From an uncultured Gammaproteobacteria bacterium (GTDB taxonomy: Bacteria > Pseudomonadota > Gammaproteobacteria > Arenicellales > CAJQKF01), in contig CBFGVH010000004.1 in NCBI GenBank assembly GCA_965652415.1, forward strand, positions 3,071-67,070: a stretch of DNA of 64,000 nt. Direction: 5' to 3'. The first letter of the stretch is position 1. The number at the start of each line of letters is the position of its first letter. A model generated the notes under the pieces. The model was not told the DNA's origin and searched no databases. It was given only the letters and a program-made list of their open reading frames with translations. Below are positions 1 to 10,041 of the stretch, one piece after another. The position numbers and the translations under genes were made by a program.

Positions 1-121
1 TATATGAAGTCTTGATGTGGGATCGTTATGGGATACTGTGGAAGTCGTGTGGTAATCTTCCCTCATGCCGATTCCAGATCCGTTGCCGCCCTGCCGCGCG
101 TCGCGTCGCGGCCGCTAGCTC

Positions 122-883
122 ATGCAGCCACGCCGGCGCCGCCAGGAAATCCTGCGTCTCGTCCGCGCCCGGGGCGACTGCTCCATCGCCGAGCTCGCCG
201 GCATGCTCGAGGTGTCGGACGAGACCATTCGCCGCACCATCAGGCCGCTCATCGACGAAGGGCTGGTGGAAAAGGTCCACGGCGGCATCGTGTTCGCCGG
301 CGAGCACGGCAGCGAACCGCCGTTCGAGCGCCGCATGCAGGAGCACGTGACCGAGAAGACGGCCATCGCCGAAATCGTCGCGGGCATCGTCGCCGACGGC
401 GACTCGGTCATCATGGACACCGGCTCGACCAATGCCTACGTCGCGCGCGCCCTGCGCCGCCGCGCCAATCTCTCCGTGGTCACAAATTGCACGGAGATCG
501 CCCGCACCCTGGCGCCCGTCGCCGGCAACCGCGTCAACATCACCGGCGGCGAGCTGCGCGCAGACGATTCGGCCGTGTTCGGCCCTTCGTCCATCGACTT
601 CGTGCGCCAGTTCCAGGCACGCTACGCCATCCTGTCCATCGGCGCCATCACCGACGACGGCGATTTCATGGACTTTCACCTCGAGGAGGCGGAGTTCTCG
701 CGCGCGGTCATGGCCCGGGCCCAGGAAACCATCGTCGTCGCCGACCACTCCAAGTTCGGCGCGCGCGCCTTCGTGCGCATATGCGAGCGCAGCATGGTTG
801 ACCGCGTGGTCACCGACCGCGCGCCCGCTCCCCGTCTCGCCGGCCTGCTTCACGAGGCGGGCGTAGCCATCGTCACGCCCTGA
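122..883 (+). CDS. DeoR/GlpR family transcriptional regulator
   Basis: 253 aa with an ATG at 122. N-terminal wHTH 'CSIAELAGMLEVSDETIRRTIRPLIDEGLV' followed by a DeoR-C sugar-binding-type C-terminus ('VIMDTGSTN', 'VVTN'). Confidence 0.85.
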   Translation: MQPRRRRQEILRLVRARGDCSIAELAGMLEVSDETIRRTIRPLIDEGLVEKVHGGIVFAGEHGSEPPFERRMQEHVTEKTAIAEIVAGIVADGDSVIMDTGSTNAYVARALRRRANLSVVTNCTEIARTLAPVAGNRVNITGGELRADDSAVFGPSSIDFVRQFQARYAILSIGAITDDGDFMDFHLEEAEFSRAVMARAQETIVVADHSKFGARAFVRICERSMVDRVVTDRAPAPRLAGLLHEAGVAIVTP

Positions 884-1215
884 ACGATCGCGCGCGCGTT
901 GCCTGCGCGGCGCCTTTGCGATGTAATCGACCTGCCCTCGCACGACCCGCCGGATCGCGGTGTCGATCCCCGGAACTTTCACCACGAAGGACATGTCATG
1001 ACAGTTCGCTCAATTACCGGGACAACCGGATCGTGGTGCTCGGCCGCATCCCGAATTGAGCCGCCCCTCGAAACGCAGATCGAAAATGCACCCGCCCGGC
1101 GTTGCGCCTACAATACCCGCGAGCGAAACACTGGCGGCGGCGCGGTAGTGCGCGACGTCGTGAGAACGTCCCGGCGCCTGCACGGCGCCGGATCGACCCC
1201 TCAAGGAATGGCGAC

Positions 1216-2295
1216 ATGACCATCACGCTGTGGCTGCGAGCGGAAACCAGGGCCGACGAACGCCGCACACCGCTTACCCCGTCCGATGCCGCCCGCCTGG
1301 TCGAGGACGGCTTCTCGATCATGGTCGAGGAATCGGCGGAGCGTGTGTTCACCGACGCCGCCTATGCCGCCGCCGGCTGCCGGCTGGTGCCGCCCGGCAG
1401 CTGGACGGACGCCCCCGACGACGCCTTCATCCTCGGGATCAAGGAGCTGCCCGCCGAGCCCGGTGCCCTTCGCCATCGCCACGTCTACTTCGCCCATGCG
1501 TACAAGGAGCAGAGCGGGTGGCGCGACCTGCTGGGACGGTTCGTTGCCGGCGGCGGAAAGCTTCTCGACCTGGAATACCTCACCGACGCCTCCGGGGCGC
1601 GCGTGGCGGCATTCGGGTACTGGGCCGGCTTCGCCGGCGCCGCGCTCGGCGTGCGCCTGTGGGCGGGACGCCAACGCGAGGGAGGCGAGTTCAGGATGTC
1701 CGCCCAAAGGCCTGCCGCGGACCAGAACGAACTGGTGTCGGCGATCCGCACACGGCTCGACCTGATACCCGAAGGCCGCGCCCGGCAGCCGAAGTCGATC
1801 ATCGTCGGCGCCCTCGGTCGCTCGGGCCGCGGCGCCTCGGCCCTGTTCGATGCGCTCGGCATGGAGGTCACCGGCTGGGACATGGCCGAAACCGCCGGCG
1901 GTGGCCCGTTTCCCGAACTCGTCGACTACGACCTGCTCGTCAACACCGTGCTGCTCGGCGCGCCGGTTCCGCCATTTTTGACCCGCGCCGAAATCGCGCG
2001 CAAGGACCGGCGCCTGGCCGTCATCACCGACGTCAGTTGCGACCCCTCGAGCGCCGCGAACCCGCTGCCGATCTACGACCACGTGACCACGTTCGCCGAA
2101 CCCGCCGTGCGCGTCATCGAAGGCCACAACCCGCTCGACATCATCGCCGTTGACAATCTGCCCTCGCTGCTGCCGCGCGAGAGCAGCATCGATTTCAGCA
2201 ACCAGCTGCTGCAGCACCTGGCCGACCTGCGCGAAGGCTCCGACGTGTGGCGGCGCGCGGCCGACGCGTTCACCGCACATTGCGCGCGGCTGTAG
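1216..2295 (+). CDS. Saccharopine dehydrogenase (NAD+, L-lysine-forming), LYS1 type
   Basis: The track ORF is 1102..2295; the ATG at 1216 gives 'MTITLWLRAETRADERRTPLTPSDAARLVEDGF...'. It is collinear by eye with fungal Lys1 ('LHLRAETKPLE.R.ALTP', 'FAHCYK.Q.GW', 'RVAAFG.YAGFAGAALG'). Confidence 0.8.
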   Translation: MTITLWLRAETRADERRTPLTPSDAARLVEDGFSIMVEESAERVFTDAAYAAAGCRLVPPGSWTDAPDDAFILGIKELPAEPGALRHRHVYFAHAYKEQSGWRDLLGRFVAGGGKLLDLEYLTDASGARVAAFGYWAGFAGAALGVRLWAGRQREGGEFRMSAQRPAADQNELVSAIRTRLDLIPEGRARQPKSIIVGALGRSGRGASALFDALGMEVTGWDMAETAGGGPFPELVDYDLLVNTVLLGAPVPPFLTRAEIARKDRRLAVITDVSCDPSSAANPLPIYDHVTTFAEPAVRVIEGHNPLDIIAVDNLPSLLPRESSIDFSNQLLQHLADLREGSDVWRRAADAFTAHCARL

Positions 2296-2400
2296 CAATC
2301 GTCGAATCTTCCGTCGCCCCGACGAAAGACGATTGCTGGGCGGCGGTCGCCAGATTGGTTATGCTTGGCACCGGGGCAGGACCTGACGGAACCAGTTGAC

Positions 2401-2961
2401 ATGCAAGACATCGACCAGCAGGCGCAGCATTACCGCCAGATCATCGCCGGTATCGGGGAAGACGTCGATCGCGACGGCCTTCGCGACACGCCGCTGCGCG
2501 CCGCCCGCGCGCTCGCGTACCTGACCCGCGGGTACGGCCAGAGCCTGGACGAGGTGGTCAACGGCGCCGTGTTCGACTCGAGCAACGACGAGATGGTGAT
2601 CGTCAAGGACATCGAGGTGTACTCCCTGTGCGAGCATCACCTGCTTCCCTTCATCGGCAAGTGCCACGTCGCCTACCTGCCGACCGGCAAGGTCATCGGC
2701 CTGTCGAAGGTGGCCCGCATCGTCGACATGTTCGCCAGCCGCCTGCAGATCCAGGAGAACCTGACCAGCCAGATCGCCGAGGCGGTCAACGAGATGACGC
2801 ACCCGCGCGGTGTCGGCGTGGTGGTCGAGGCCAAGCACCTGTGCATGATGATGCGCGGCGTGCAGAAGCAGAACTCGGTGATGACGACGTCGATGATGAT
2901 CGGAACCTTCCGCACCGACCACCGCACCCGCTCGGAGTTCCTGGGCCTGGTATCCGGATAG
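2401..2961 (+). CDS. folE: GTP cyclohydrolase I
   Basis: ATG at 2401 ('MQDIDQQ'); the track ORF starts at a TTG at 2365. Hallmark '[20 protein letters not shown]' and '[15 protein letters not shown]'. Confidence 0.9.
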   Translation: MQDIDQQAQHYRQIIAGIGEDVDRDGLRDTPLRAARALAYLTRGYGQSLDEVVNGAVFDSSNDEMVIVKDIEVYSLCEHHLLPFIGKCHVAYLPTGKVIGLSKVARIVDMFASRLQIQENLTSQIAEAVNEMTHPRGVGVVVEAKHLCMMMRGVQKQNSVMTTSMMIGTFRTDHRTRSEFLGLVSG

Positions 2962-2970
2962 AACAGACGC

Positions 2971-3621
2971 CTACCCGCGTTCGTCCACGATCCGCATCCG
3001 TCCTCCTTCGAGCACGATCACTCCCTCGGCGATCAATGCCCTGAGCACGCGACCGGTCCGCTCCCGAGAGGCGCCGACCATGTCGGCGATGAGCTGCTGC
3101 GTGAGCCCCTCGGCAACCACCCCCCCGTCCTGGGCCGGATCGGCGAAGCGCCTCAGCGTGCAGATGACGCGCCCGCGCACGTCGCCGCCGGCCATGCTTT
3201 GCACGCACCCGGTGAGGTTGCGGATCTTGTGCGCAAGGCCGTGAATGATGCACGCCGCCAACTGCGGATGGCGATCGATGCAGGCACGAAAGCGATCGCG
3301 CGGGATGACCAGGAGCCGGGTCCTGGCCGTGGTCATGACGGACGTTCCGCGCACGGCTCCGTCTATCAGGGCCACCTCGCCGAACCAGGCGCCGGTCGTC
3401 TCCACGCCGAAGATCGCCTCGCGCCCGCCTCGGGCGCTGGCGAACCGTTTCACCGCGCCGGCGAGGATGACGTAGAGCGCCTCGCCGGGCTCGCCCTCGG
3501 AAACCACCAGGGTATCCGGCGGCAGCACCCAGACGTAGCCCATGTCGATGATGCGCCGGATGGCGTCGTCGTCCAGCCCCGCGAACAGGGCGATGCTGTC
3601 GGCAAGTTCCCGCGTGTCCAT
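2971..3621 (-). CDS. Crp/Fnr family transcriptional regulator
   Basis: 216 aa. cNMP-binding beta-roll ('GEPGEALYVILAGAV...FGEVALIDG') plus a C-terminal HTH ('MVGASRERTGRVLRALIAEGVI'). Last gene of the minus-strand C1 operon. Confidence 0.8.
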   Translation of the reverse strand: MDTRELADSIALFAGLDDDAIRRIIDMGYVWVLPPDTLVVSEGEPGEALYVILAGAVKRFASARGGREAIFGVETTGAWFGEVALIDGAVRGTSVMTTARTRLLVIPRDRFRACIDRHPQLAACIIHGLAHKIRNLTGCVQSMAGGDVRGRVICTLRRFADPAQDGGVVAEGLTQQLIADMVGASRERTGRVLRALIAEGVIVLEGGRMRIVDERG

Positions 3622-3684
3622 GCGCCGTGGCTCCCTGGGTCGCGATCCGCTGCGATTACTCCGGCGGTTCCCTCCGCCGCCGCG

Positions 3685-5745
3685 TCAACGCCTTCGTCGC
3701 CGGCGTCGTCCACCCGCGCCGCCTGCCGCCGAATCCGCGCGCGGCGCCGGCAGCGTCACCTCCTTGGCCAGCTCGGTGAAGACGATGGTCTTGTGCGGGA
3801 ACGCCATGGCCTCGACGAAGTGCTGCTGGAACTTCGGTTCGACGGCCGTTTCGACCTTCTCGATCCGTCGCACCTCGGCCTCGATTTCGACTCGCGACTT
3901 GCGATCGACGAGGGCGATCGAGGCACCGGTGCCGGCCGCGTTGCCCGCCGAGGTGACGTGTTCCAGGCGACAGTCGGGAATCATGCCGAGCACCATCGCG
4001 TACTTGACGTCGATGTGTGCGCCGAAGGCGCCGGCCAGGCGAATGCGGTCGACGCGATCGATTCGCATCTTGTCCATCAGGAGCCGCGCCCCCGCGAACA
4101 AGGCCGCCTTTGCGAGCTGGATGGCGCGCACGTCGTTCTGGGTCAGCGCCAGGCGCACGTTGCCGTCGTGGAGCAGGTAGGAGAAGGTCTTTCCAGCCGA
4201 AAACACGCGCGTACTGCGCGCCGCGTTGGCGCCGTCGATGATGCCGTCGGTCGTGATCACCCCGGCGAGAAACAGCTCCGCGATGAACTCGATGATGCCC
4301 GAGCCGCACACGCCGGTAATGCCCACGTGCGCGGATGCCTCGGCGAACCCCTCGTCGTCGGACCACAGGTCGCAGCCGATCACCTTGAATCGCGGCTCGA
4401 GTGTCACCGGGTCGATCCTCACCCGCTCCACCGCGCCGGGCGCGGCGCGCTGGCCGCAACTGATCTGGGCTCCCTCGAAGGCGGGTCCGGTCGGGCTCGA
4501 CGCGGCGAGCAGCTTCCTGCGGTTGCCGAGCACGATCTCGGCGTTGGTCCCCACGTCGACGACCAGCGTCAGTTCGTCGCGAAGGTACGGCGCCTCTGAC
4601 AGCACCACGGCCGCCGTGTCGGCGCCGACGTGCCCAGCGATGCAGGGCAGCACGTAGACCATGGCGCGCGGATTGACGTCGAGACCGAGTTCCGCGGCGC
4701 TGGCGCGGACCGCCTCGTCGGTCGCCAGCGCGAACGGCGCGCCGCCGAGCTCCACCGGGTTGATGCCGAGAAACAGGTGATGCATGACGGGATTGCCCAC
4801 CAGCACCAGTTCCAGAACGCTGGTCGAATCAACGCCCGCCTCCTCGCACGTTTCGCGGACGAGGTCGCAGACGGCCTCGCGAACCACGCGGGTCAGCTCG
4901 ACTTCGCCTCCCGGGTTCATCATCACGTACGACACCCGGCTCATGAGGTCCTCGCCGAAGCGGATCTGCGGATTCATCACGCCCGCCGAGGCCGCCGCCC
5001 TGCCGGTCGAAAGATCGATCAGGTGGGCGGCGATGGTGGTCGAGCCCACATCGACCGCGACGCCGTACACGCGGTCGTGATAGCCGGGCCACAGCGCCAC
5101 CACGCGCCTGCCGTCCGCCACCGCGACGGTGACCGCGAAATTTCCGTCTCTCAGGATTTTCTGGAACCCCGGCAGGAGCGGCGCCGGGAACTCGAGGTCG
5201 GTCAGCGACCATTCGAACTCGAGCGCCTCGCGCAGCCGCCTCAGGTCTCCGGCCGGGTCGTGCATGTCGGGTTCGGGCACCTCGACGAAGAAGATCCGGA
5301 TGGCGGGATCGACCTCGATGCTGTGCACCTCGACGCGCTTGCGCACCACCTGCTTGTGGACCTGGCTGTCGGGCGGCACGTCGATGACGACGTCGTCGAG
5401 CATCGACGCGGAACAGGCGAGCCTCCTGTCCCCGTGCCGGCCGAGGGTCTGGAAATAGGTGCGCTCGGTCTCGGTGACCGCCGACAGGTGATCGGCGCGC
5501 GAGTCGATGCCGTGCTTGGCGAAGCTGCCCTCGCTGAGCTTGACCTGGCAGCGCCCGCAGATGCCGCGGCCGCCGCACACGGAGTCGATATCGACGCCGA
5601 GCATGCGCGCGGCCTCGAGCACGGTGGTGCCGCGGGCGAACGCGCCGCGCTTGCCCGACGGCGTGAACACGACACGCACCTGCGCGGCGGCTTCGGCCGC
5701 GAGGGCATCGTCGCTTTCGATGGCGGTGTTGATCCGGCTGGTCAA
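3685..5745 (-). CDS. Corrinoid reductive activase-like protein (2Fe-2S ferredoxin domain + ASKHA/DUF4445 ATPase)
   Basis: 686 aa with a TTG start. N-terminal plant-type ferredoxin motif 'CGGRGICGRCQV' and a large ASKHA-type body ('GVAVDVGSTTIAAHL', 'LVVDVGTNAEIVLG'). Confidence 0.8.
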   Translation of the reverse strand: MTSRINTAIESDDALAAEAAAQVRVVFTPSGKRGAFARGTTVLEAARMLGVDIDSVCGGRGICGRCQVKLSEGSFAKHGIDSRADHLSAVTETERTYFQTLGRHGDRRLACSASMLDDVVIDVPPDSQVHKQVVRKRVEVHSIEVDPAIRIFFVEVPEPDMHDPAGDLRRLREALEFEWSLTDLEFPAPLLPGFQKILRDGNFAVTVAVADGRRVVALWPGYHDRVYGVAVDVGSTTIAAHLIDLSTGRAAASAGVMNPQIRFGEDLMSRVSYVMMNPGGEVELTRVVREAVCDLVRETCEEAGVDSTSVLELVLVGNPVMHHLFLGINPVELGGAPFALATDEAVRASAAELGLDVNPRAMVYVLPCIAGHVGADTAAVVLSEAPYLRDELTLVVDVGTNAEIVLGNRRKLLAASSPTGPAFEGAQISCGQRAAPGAVERVRIDPVTLEPRFKVIGCDLWSDDEGFAEASAHVGITGVCGSGIIEFIAELFLAGVITTDGIIDGANAARSTRVFSAGKTFSYLLHDGNVRLALTQNDVRAIQLAKAALFAGARLLMDKMRIDRVDRIRLAGAFGAHIDVKYAMVLGMIPDCRLEHVTSAGNAAGTGASIALVDRKSRVEIEAEVRRIEKVETAVEPKFQQHFVEAMAFPHKTIVFTELAKEVTLPAPRADSAAGGAGGRRRRRRR

Positions 5746-5771
5746 TTTATTTCGGCGGCAGTTGCGACAGA

Positions 5772-6680
5772 TTACGATCGGGCGCGGCGGCGGCGTCCGG
5801 CGCGCTTCTCCCTGGCCCCGCCCTGTCCTTCGGCGGCGGGCTCGCGATAGCGGCGAATCCAGCTTCGGCAGTCCGGATCGTGTCCCATCATGACGTCGGC
5901 GCCGAGGATGGCCTGTACCACCTCGGCATGCAGCGGGTTGGTGATGGCCGAGGTCATGCCAGCGCCAATGGCCATGGTCAGGAAGGCCGCGTTCATGCCG
6001 TTGCGATTGGGCAGGCCGAAGCTGACGTTGGATGCGCCGCAGGTCGTGTTGACCTTGAGCTCGTCACGCAGGCGGCGCACCAGCCGCAGCACCTGGACGC
6101 CGGCGGTGTTGATGGCGCCGATGGGCATGACCAGCGGATCGACCACGATGTCCGACACCGGGATGCCGTGGTCGGCGGCGCGCTCGACGATCTTTTTCGC
6201 CACGGCGAAACGCACGTCCGGATCCTCCGAGATCCCGGTCTCATCGTTGGAAATCGCCACCACGGCGGCGCCGTATTTCTTCACCAGCGGCAGCACCGAC
6301 TCCAGCCTGTCGTCTTCGCCGGTCACCGAGTTCACCAGCGGCTTGCCCTTGTAGACCGCGAGACCCGCCTCGAGCGCCGCGACGATCGAGGAGTCGATCG
6401 ACAGCGGCACGTCGGTCAGGGACTGCACCAGCTGGACCGCTTCGGCCAGGATTCGCGGCTCGTCGGCAAGCGGAATGCCCGCGTTGACGTCGAGCACATG
6501 AGCGCCGGCCTCGACCTGCGCGATGGCGTCCGCCTCGACGCGGCTGAAATCGCCCGCGGCCATCTCCTGGGCCAGCAGCTTCCTGCCGGTGGGATTGATG
6601 CGTTCGCCGATTAACACGAACGGTCGGTCGAACCCTATCACCACCTCGCGGCTGGCGGAGCTGATCACGGTATCGGTCAC
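5772..6680 (-). CDS. Methyltetrahydrofolate:corrinoid methyltransferase (pterin-binding, MetH/AcsE-like domain)
   Basis: 302 aa. 'VLIGERINPTGRKLLAQEMAAGDF...AGAHVLDVNAG', 'PLSIDSS', 'NSV', 'TCGASNVSFGLPNR'. Its GTG start overlaps the metF stop (GTGA). Confidence 0.85.
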   Translation of the reverse strand: MTDTVISSASREVVIGFDRPFVLIGERINPTGRKLLAQEMAAGDFSRVEADAIAQVEAGAHVLDVNAGIPLADEPRILAEAVQLVQSLTDVPLSIDSSIVAALEAGLAVYKGKPLVNSVTGEDDRLESVLPLVKKYGAAVVAISNDETGISEDPDVRFAVAKKIVERAADHGIPVSDIVVDPLVMPIGAINTAGVQVLRLVRRLRDELKVNTTCGASNVSFGLPNRNGMNAAFLTMAIGAGMTSAITNPLHAEVVQAILGADVMMGHDPDCRSWIRRYREPAAEGQGGAREKRAGRRRRARS

Positions 6681-7720
6681 TGTGCAAGCCTCATGTCTGT
6701 GTTTGCGGGGCGGTTGGGAAACCAGGGCACGCGACCCTCGAGGATCCCGGAAGCGTCCACGATCTCGGCAACCGACTCTTCCTGCCGGTAGGCCATGATG
6801 TGGATGCCGGCCACTCCCTTGATTTCACGAATTCGCTGAATCAGTTCGATGCAGATCTTCTTGCCTTCGAGCCTGGGCTTTTCGGCCTTGAGCAGCCGCT
6901 CGATCACGTCGTCGGGAATATGCACGCCCGGCACGTGGTCGCGGATCCACGACGCGGCCCGCCCCGACGCCAGCGGCCCGACCCCGACCAGGATGAACAC
7001 CTTCTCGTCCAGGCCCCGGTCGCACACCTGTTCCATGAACCGCTCAAGGCGCGGCACGTCGTAGCAGTACTGGGTCTGCACGAACTGCGCCCCCGCGGCC
7101 ACTTTCTTCGCCAGCCGGTCGACGCGAAAGTCGAGCGGCTCGGCGAACGGGTTCTCGGCGGCGCCGAGAAAAATCTTCGGCGAGAAGTCGAGTTTGCGCC
7201 CGCTCAGGAACTCGGACTCGTCGCGCATTCGCCGCGCCGTGGTCAGCAGCGACATGCAGTCGAAGTCGAACACCGGCTTGGCGCCCGGCTGGTCGCCGGC
7301 CTGCACGCCGTCCCCGGACAGGCACAGGATGTTCGCCACGCCCATCGCCGCCGCTCCGAGAATGTCTCCCTGGATGGCGATGCGGTTCCGGTCGCGGCAG
7401 GAGATCTGCATGATCGTCGAGTAGCCGACGCGCGTCAGAAGCGCGCACACGCCGACGCTCGACATGTGGCAGTTGGCGCCCGATCCGTCGGTCGCGTTGA
7501 TCGCATCGACGTAGCCGTCGAATATCCTCGCCCTCAGGTACACCTCTTCCGGGTCCGCGGAGTCCGGCGGGGCCAGTTCCGCCGTTACCGCGAACTTGCC
7601 CCCGCGCAGCACGCGCTCGAACCGCCCCGGCGACACGTGCCCGGGAAGTATCGGCAGAGAATAACCCGGAACCGGCTCGTCTTCAAAGTACATGGCCGAA
7701 CTCCCCGCCCGACGGGGCAT
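6677..7720 (-). CDS. metF: Methylenetetrahydrofolate reductase (MetF, MetV-associated type)
   Basis: 347 aa. 'FAVTAELAPP', 'DAINATDGSGA', 'QISCRDRNRIAIQGDILGAA..GV.NILCLSGD'. ATG at 7720; an alternative ATG lies at 7693. Confidence 0.85.
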   Translation of the reverse strand: MPRRAGSSAMYFEDEPVPGYSLPILPGHVSPGRFERVLRGGKFAVTAELAPPDSADPEEVYLRARIFDGYVDAINATDGSGANCHMSSVGVCALLTRVGYSTIMQISCRDRNRIAIQGDILGAAAMGVANILCLSGDGVQAGDQPGAKPVFDFDCMSLLTTARRMRDESEFLSGRKLDFSPKIFLGAAENPFAEPLDFRVDRLAKKVAAGAQFVQTQYCYDVPRLERFMEQVCDRGLDEKVFILVGVGPLASGRAASWIRDHVPGVHIPDDVIERLLKAEKPRLEGKKICIELIQRIREIKGVAGIHIMAYRQEESVAEIVDASGILEGRVPWFPNRPANTDMRLAQ

Positions 7721-7721
7721 T

Positions 7722-8189
7722 TCAGGATTGCTGGTAGAACTGCTCGTCGCGAAGACGCCGTACCTCGCGCAACCACGCAGAGGAGCCTTTCAGGGAACGG
7801 TCGACCACCACCTGAACGTCGAGAATGCGCTGTCCGTTGCGCATCCTGAGGCTCCCTTCGTAGGCCTCGACCCACACGCATCGCATATCGGGCTTCACCT
7901 CGCAGTTCCCGTTGGCGCGCACGCCGCCGCACGGCCCGTTGCGAATCTCCTTGGGGCAGTTCATGGGGCAGGACATGCCGGTGGAGCTGAGCACGCAGCG
8001 GCCGCACATCCGGCAGTCGAACAGGAATCCCTTGACCCGCTTCTCGATCGCGGTCACCGGCTTTTCGACACGGTCGTAGCCGATTTTCAACCACAACGGG
8101 TGCAGCGCGGCGAAGAACCGCTCGAAGTGCCGATAGAACCACTCCATCTGTCGTGCGTGGCGCACCGACCATCGTCTCACCGCGTACAT
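7722..8189 (-). CDS. Methylenetetrahydrofolate reductase C-terminal-domain protein (MetV-like, Cys-rich)
   Basis: 155 aa. Cysteine cluster 'CRMCGRCVLSSTGMSCPMNCPKEIRNGPCGG'. Sits immediately upstream of metF. Confidence 0.75.
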   Translation of the reverse strand: MYAVRRWSVRHARQMEWFYRHFERFFAALHPLWLKIGYDRVEKPVTAIEKRVKGFLFDCRMCGRCVLSSTGMSCPMNCPKEIRNGPCGGVRANGNCEVKPDMRCVWVEAYEGSLRMRNGQRILDVQVVVDRSLKGSSAWLREVRRLRDEQFYQQS

Positions 8190-8201
8190 GGCAGCTCGCC
8201 G

Positions 8202-8510
8202 TCAGTCGTCAGCGGCGGGACGGCGGCCCTTGCCGCGAATCATCGCCGCCAGCATGTCGTCGTCGATGGATGCCTGAAGTACCTCGGCGCGCGCCCGGGC
8301 CGCGGCGTCGATGTCGCCCGAGACTTCCTCGGTCTCGCGCCGCCATTCCTCGAGGTAGGCGTCGGTGCCGCCCTTGCCGGCGCGCATGGCGGCGCGGTCG
8401 ATGGCTTCCTGGAAACGTTCGGGCAGCTGCACCTTGGCCGTGCGCCTGCCCTGCTTGACGATGACCTGGGCCGGGATGTCGCGCCAGTACACGGTGATGA
8501 GTTTCGCCAT
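8202..8510 (-). CDS. Small uncharacterised protein ('virulence factor' family by recollection), corrinoid-cluster associated
   Basis: The track ORF extends to 8630; the ATG at 8510 gives 'MAKLITVYWRDIPAQVIVKQGRRTAKVQLPERFQEAIDRAAM...'. It is 102 aa and sits 7 nt from the DUF1638 stop. The family name comes from memory only. Confidence 0.5.
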   Translation of the reverse strand: MAKLITVYWRDIPAQVIVKQGRRTAKVQLPERFQEAIDRAAMRAGKGGTDAYLEEWRRETEEVSGDIDAAARARAEVLQASIDDDMLAAMIRGKGRRPAADD

Positions 8511-8517
8511 GGCGGCG

Positions 8518-9117
8518 TCAGACGAGGGCTTCGAGAGCGGACTCGAACGCATCGAGCCCGGTCGGCACGCGCTCGTACTCGAGGCCGAGGAAGGCCGCGG
8601 CATCGGCGGCCTCGCGATCCAGTGCCGCATCGTCGCTCTGCGCCAGGTACACCAGTCGGCGGTAGTTGCCGAAAAGCATGTCCTTCAGTTCGGGGTGACG
8701 GTCGATGCCCATGCCCTTGACGATCAGGCGGGTGAAATTGCGTGCGAGGTAGTCGGTCAGGTAGAAGGTGGCCGCGTCACGCTCGGCCAGTTCGGCGAAT
8801 CGGCCGGCGCCGGCGAAGAACTCGTAACAGTGGGCGCCCGGGATGCGATCGACGCCGTGCCGGCGCGCCACCTCATCCAGCAAGCCCCCGCTGCCGCAGT
8901 CGGCGTAGCCGATCACGATGCGCTCGAAGCGGCCCTCGTTCTCCATGATCTTGCGCTCCACCGCCGGCGCGATGCGCTCGGGCCGGTTGTGCAGTTCGGC
9001 GGGCAGGCATTGGATCTCGACCGCCTGCCAATCGTTGAGGCGCCGGATGCGTACCAACTCGTTCGCCACGGCGCCGCAGGCGATCACGAGCACCTTGCCC
9101 GGGGCGTTGGAGGACAT
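8518..9117 (-). CDS. DUF1638 domain-containing protein
   Basis: ATG at 9117 ('MSSNAPGKVLVIACGAVANEL...'). 'IGYADCGSGGLLD', 'GAHCYEFF', 'FYLTDYLARNF'. The start is 4 nt from the corrinoid-protein stop. Confidence 0.7.
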   Translation of the reverse strand: MSSNAPGKVLVIACGAVANELVRIRRLNDWQAVEIQCLPAELHNRPERIAPAVERKIMENEGRFERIVIGYADCGSGGLLDEVARRHGVDRIPGAHCYEFFAGAGRFAELAERDAATFYLTDYLARNFTRLIVKGMGIDRHPELKDMLFGNYRRLVYLAQSDDAALDREAADAAAFLGLEYERVPTGLDAFESALEALV

Positions 9118-9121
9118 CGTC

Positions 9122-9835
<714 letters not shown>

Positions 9836-10041
9836 GATTCACTCACTCGATACTGCTGGGGTCCGCTGCCGCCGGGGTACGCCTGGAAGGCGTCGGGCGG
9901 CCGTTCGGCTGGTCGCCTTCGGGCACCCATCGTACCCGATTCGCCGGCGATTTATGGGCCACGGAGACACCGGCTGCTGGCGCCGGCGCGACACCAGTTT
10001 ATAGTAGAACGACAAACGCTAAAACCTCGCCCCGCACGCGG

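Noticed and set aside
26-2298. Long antisense or alternate-frame ORFs overlapping the DeoR and saccharopine dehydrogenase genes (for example 26..994 -, 28..801 +, 1201..2298 -, 1230..2153 +).
   Set aside because: They are Arg/Ala/Pro/Gly-rich low-complexity translations with no motifs, and each is fully shadowed by an ORF with clear family signatures. This is a typical high-GC open-frame artefact.
9836-10041. Possible cobalamin (or THF) riboswitch in the 206-nt leader upstream of the corrinoid-protein gene.
   Set aside because: I read the minus-strand leader and found no convincing B12 box (AGYCMGGAGACCKGCC-like) or conserved GGTGC/GAA core. Only generic GC hairpins are present. An Infernal scan is needed before any claim.
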